Part shown: positions 40,518-40,607 of the stretch, one piece after another
Layout of the letters: each line of letters begins with the position of its first letter
How positions within the stretch are numbered: the stretch's first letter is position 1
Virus record (IMG/VR): IMGVR_UViG_2675903253_000012
Strand: one strand, 5' to 3'
From: a virus
Lineage: Duplodnaviria > Heunggongvirae > Uroviricota > Caudoviricetes
DNA: 40,607 nucleotides
Made by a program: the position numbers and the translations under genes
Notes under the pieces: generated by a model
What the model saw: the letters and a program-made list of their open reading frames with translations, nothing else
Told to the model about the DNA's origin: nothing
Database searches by the model: none

Positions 40518-40607
40518 ATGGGTAAAGGCAGCAGTAAGGGGCATACCCCGCGCGAAGCGAAGGACAACCTGAAGTCCACGCAGCTGCTGAGTGTGATCGA
40601 TGCCATC
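40518..40607 (+). CDS. Host specificity / central tail fibre protein J, 5' fragment (continues beyond window)
   Basis: MGKGSSKGHTPREAKDNLKSTQLLSVIDAI matches recalled lambda gpJ N-terminus; gtgagga Shine-Dalgarno. Confidence 0.85.
   Translation, partial: MGKGSSKGHTPREAKDNLKSTQLLSVIDAI

Noticed and set aside
1-40607. Search for CRISPR arrays, tRNA genes, IS elements and att sites
   Set aside because: No regularly spaced direct repeats, no tRNA-like conserved arms (such as GTTCGAATC-type T-loops in a cloverleaf context) and no transposase-like ORFs were seen; the attL site should lie left of the integrase stop, outside the window.

Overview
This window is a near-complete Rac-like lambdoid prophage of an Enterobacteriaceae (E. 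coli-type) genome, read from the integrase end into the tail genes. The modules in order are: integration and early-left genes on the minus strand (intR, xis, ydaC, ralR, recT, recE, racC, ydaE, kilR), sieB, ydaF/ydaG, the racR–ydaS–ydaT immunity/toxin switch, replication genes (ydaU, DnaC-like ydaV, ydaW-like), a nin/Q-like late-regulation module, an S21-type lysis cassette (pinholin, SAR endolysin, Rz/Rz1), trkG, then terminase, portal, head and lambda-like tail genes (M, L, K, I, start of J). The most interesting part is a visibly AT-rich cargo island (about 11.76–15.70 kb) inserted between the replication and nin/Q modules. It carries a two-gene operon with its own extended -10 promoter; the first protein has a C-terminal HEPN-type R-N-x-x-x-H motif, and neither protein is one I can place in a named family, so I regard it as a candidate undescribed defence/abortive-infection or toxin–antitoxin system. 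The island also holds a Cys-rich small ORF and a YeaR-like (DUF1971) gene. A second cargo site, between the putative Q gene and the holin, carries two paralogous lipoproteins with a TolA C-terminal (domain III)-like domain. All calls are from reading the sequence and recalled protein families; no searches were run. A 15-nt N-run (39598–39612) interrupts tail gene K.
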